64,000 nt of DNA. Source: Mobula hypostoma (Eukaryota). The DNA lies in contig NC_086108.1 of the NCBI RefSeq assembly GCF_963921235.1, forward strand, positions 52,454,001-52,518,000, in the 5' to 3' direction. The notes beneath the pieces were generated by a model. That model worked only from the letters and a program-made list of their open reading frames with translations, did no database searches and was not told where the DNA came from. This document shows, piece by piece, positions 63,141-64,000 of this stretch (position 1 is the stretch's first letter; every line of letters begins with the position of its first letter). A program made the position numbers and the translations under genes.

Positions 63141-63651
63141 GTATGTTGCAATATTTACTACACATATAAAGTTTTGCAAACTAAATTTTGCTATCATCAG
63201 CATTATTTGGTTTATTTTTTTCAATCAAGATAACTATACATAGCTACATCATAAATGTGCCCTCAAGTGTTGAAATAATAAGGGAACTTTCTAGATTGTT
63301 TGTCATGTTGTGCCATTTTGTTTCTTGAACTTCAGCTTATCAGCACAGGTGGTCTCTGGTTTCAGATTGAAATGCTAGGACACAGAAAGAAGCCACCTGC
63401 CTCAGTGAATCCCTCCTGGTGCCAGTCCCATATCACCCTCTTTCCTTTAACCTTGCTGGTTATTTTCCCAAAAGCGCCTATCCAGTTTTGAAAACCTTCA
63501 TTGACTGTCTCCATCATCCTTGCTAGCAGTGAGTTACAAATTACAAAATTCTATTTTCTTAAAAATTTTGTCATTGCTTGGTTTTCATTCAGTACTTTGA
63601 ATTTGTATCCTCTGCTTCTGTCATATGCACAAGTACATATGCAATTCTGAA

Positions 63652-63869
63652 AAGCAACACACATAAAAGTTGCTGGTGAACGCAGCAGGCCAGGCAGCAT
63701 CTGTAGGAAGAGGTGCAGTCGACGTTTCAGGCCGAGAGTCCTGATGAAGGGTCTCGGCCTGAAACGTCGACTGCACCTCTTCCTACAGATGCTGCCTGGC
63801 CTGCTGCGTTCACCAGCAACTTTTATGTGTGTTACTTGAATTTCCAGCATCTGCAGAATTCCTGTTGTT
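63652..63869. mobile_element. Penelope pseudo-LTR fold-back insertion with an intact minimal hammerhead (63737-63772, +)
   Basis: TSD TGCAATTCTGAA at 63640-63651 and 63870-63881; near-perfect inverted arms of about 85 bp; AGTC-CTGATGA-AGG..CCT-GAAA-CG-TC-GACT. Confidence 0.85.
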
Positions 63870-64000
63870 TGCAATTCTGAATATCTTATTAAGTAAGGAG
63901 ACAGGGCGGGTGACAACTGTGTAGGACCTTGTGATCATAATTTTATTAATTTCAAGATAATTATGGAGAAGGATGGGACTGGTCCTTGAGATTCTAAATT

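Overview
Vertebrate nuclear DNA, most likely a cartilaginous fish (shark/ray; inferred from the CR1-, Rex-Babar-, RTE- and Penelope-dominated repeat content and from the divergence of the genes). Minus strand: 16 coding exons of FIRRM/C1orf112 (ATG at 42319; 1701 nt = 567 codons, in frame across every junction). No further exon was found below 12829, so the gene probably continues past position 1. Its first coding intron is a U12-type AT-AC intron. Plus strand: the CpG-rich promoter and first coding exon of USP1, divergent from FIRRM with about 15 kb between them. The rest is mostly transposon debris. Highlight: two near-identical, TSD-flanked, apparently non-coding ~560-bp retroposons (6421-6986 and 29529-30094). 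Their 5' ends fold by eye into a complete HDV-like self-cleaving ribozyme with a large branched J1/2 and an unusual hairpin inserted in L3. A second, different-sequence RTE-tailed element (52422-52997, minus) carries a decayed ribozyme of apparently the same architecture. Penelope elements contribute several minimal hammerhead ribozymes. All structures were assigned by manual reading; no database search or folding was run, and boundaries of decayed repeats are approximate.
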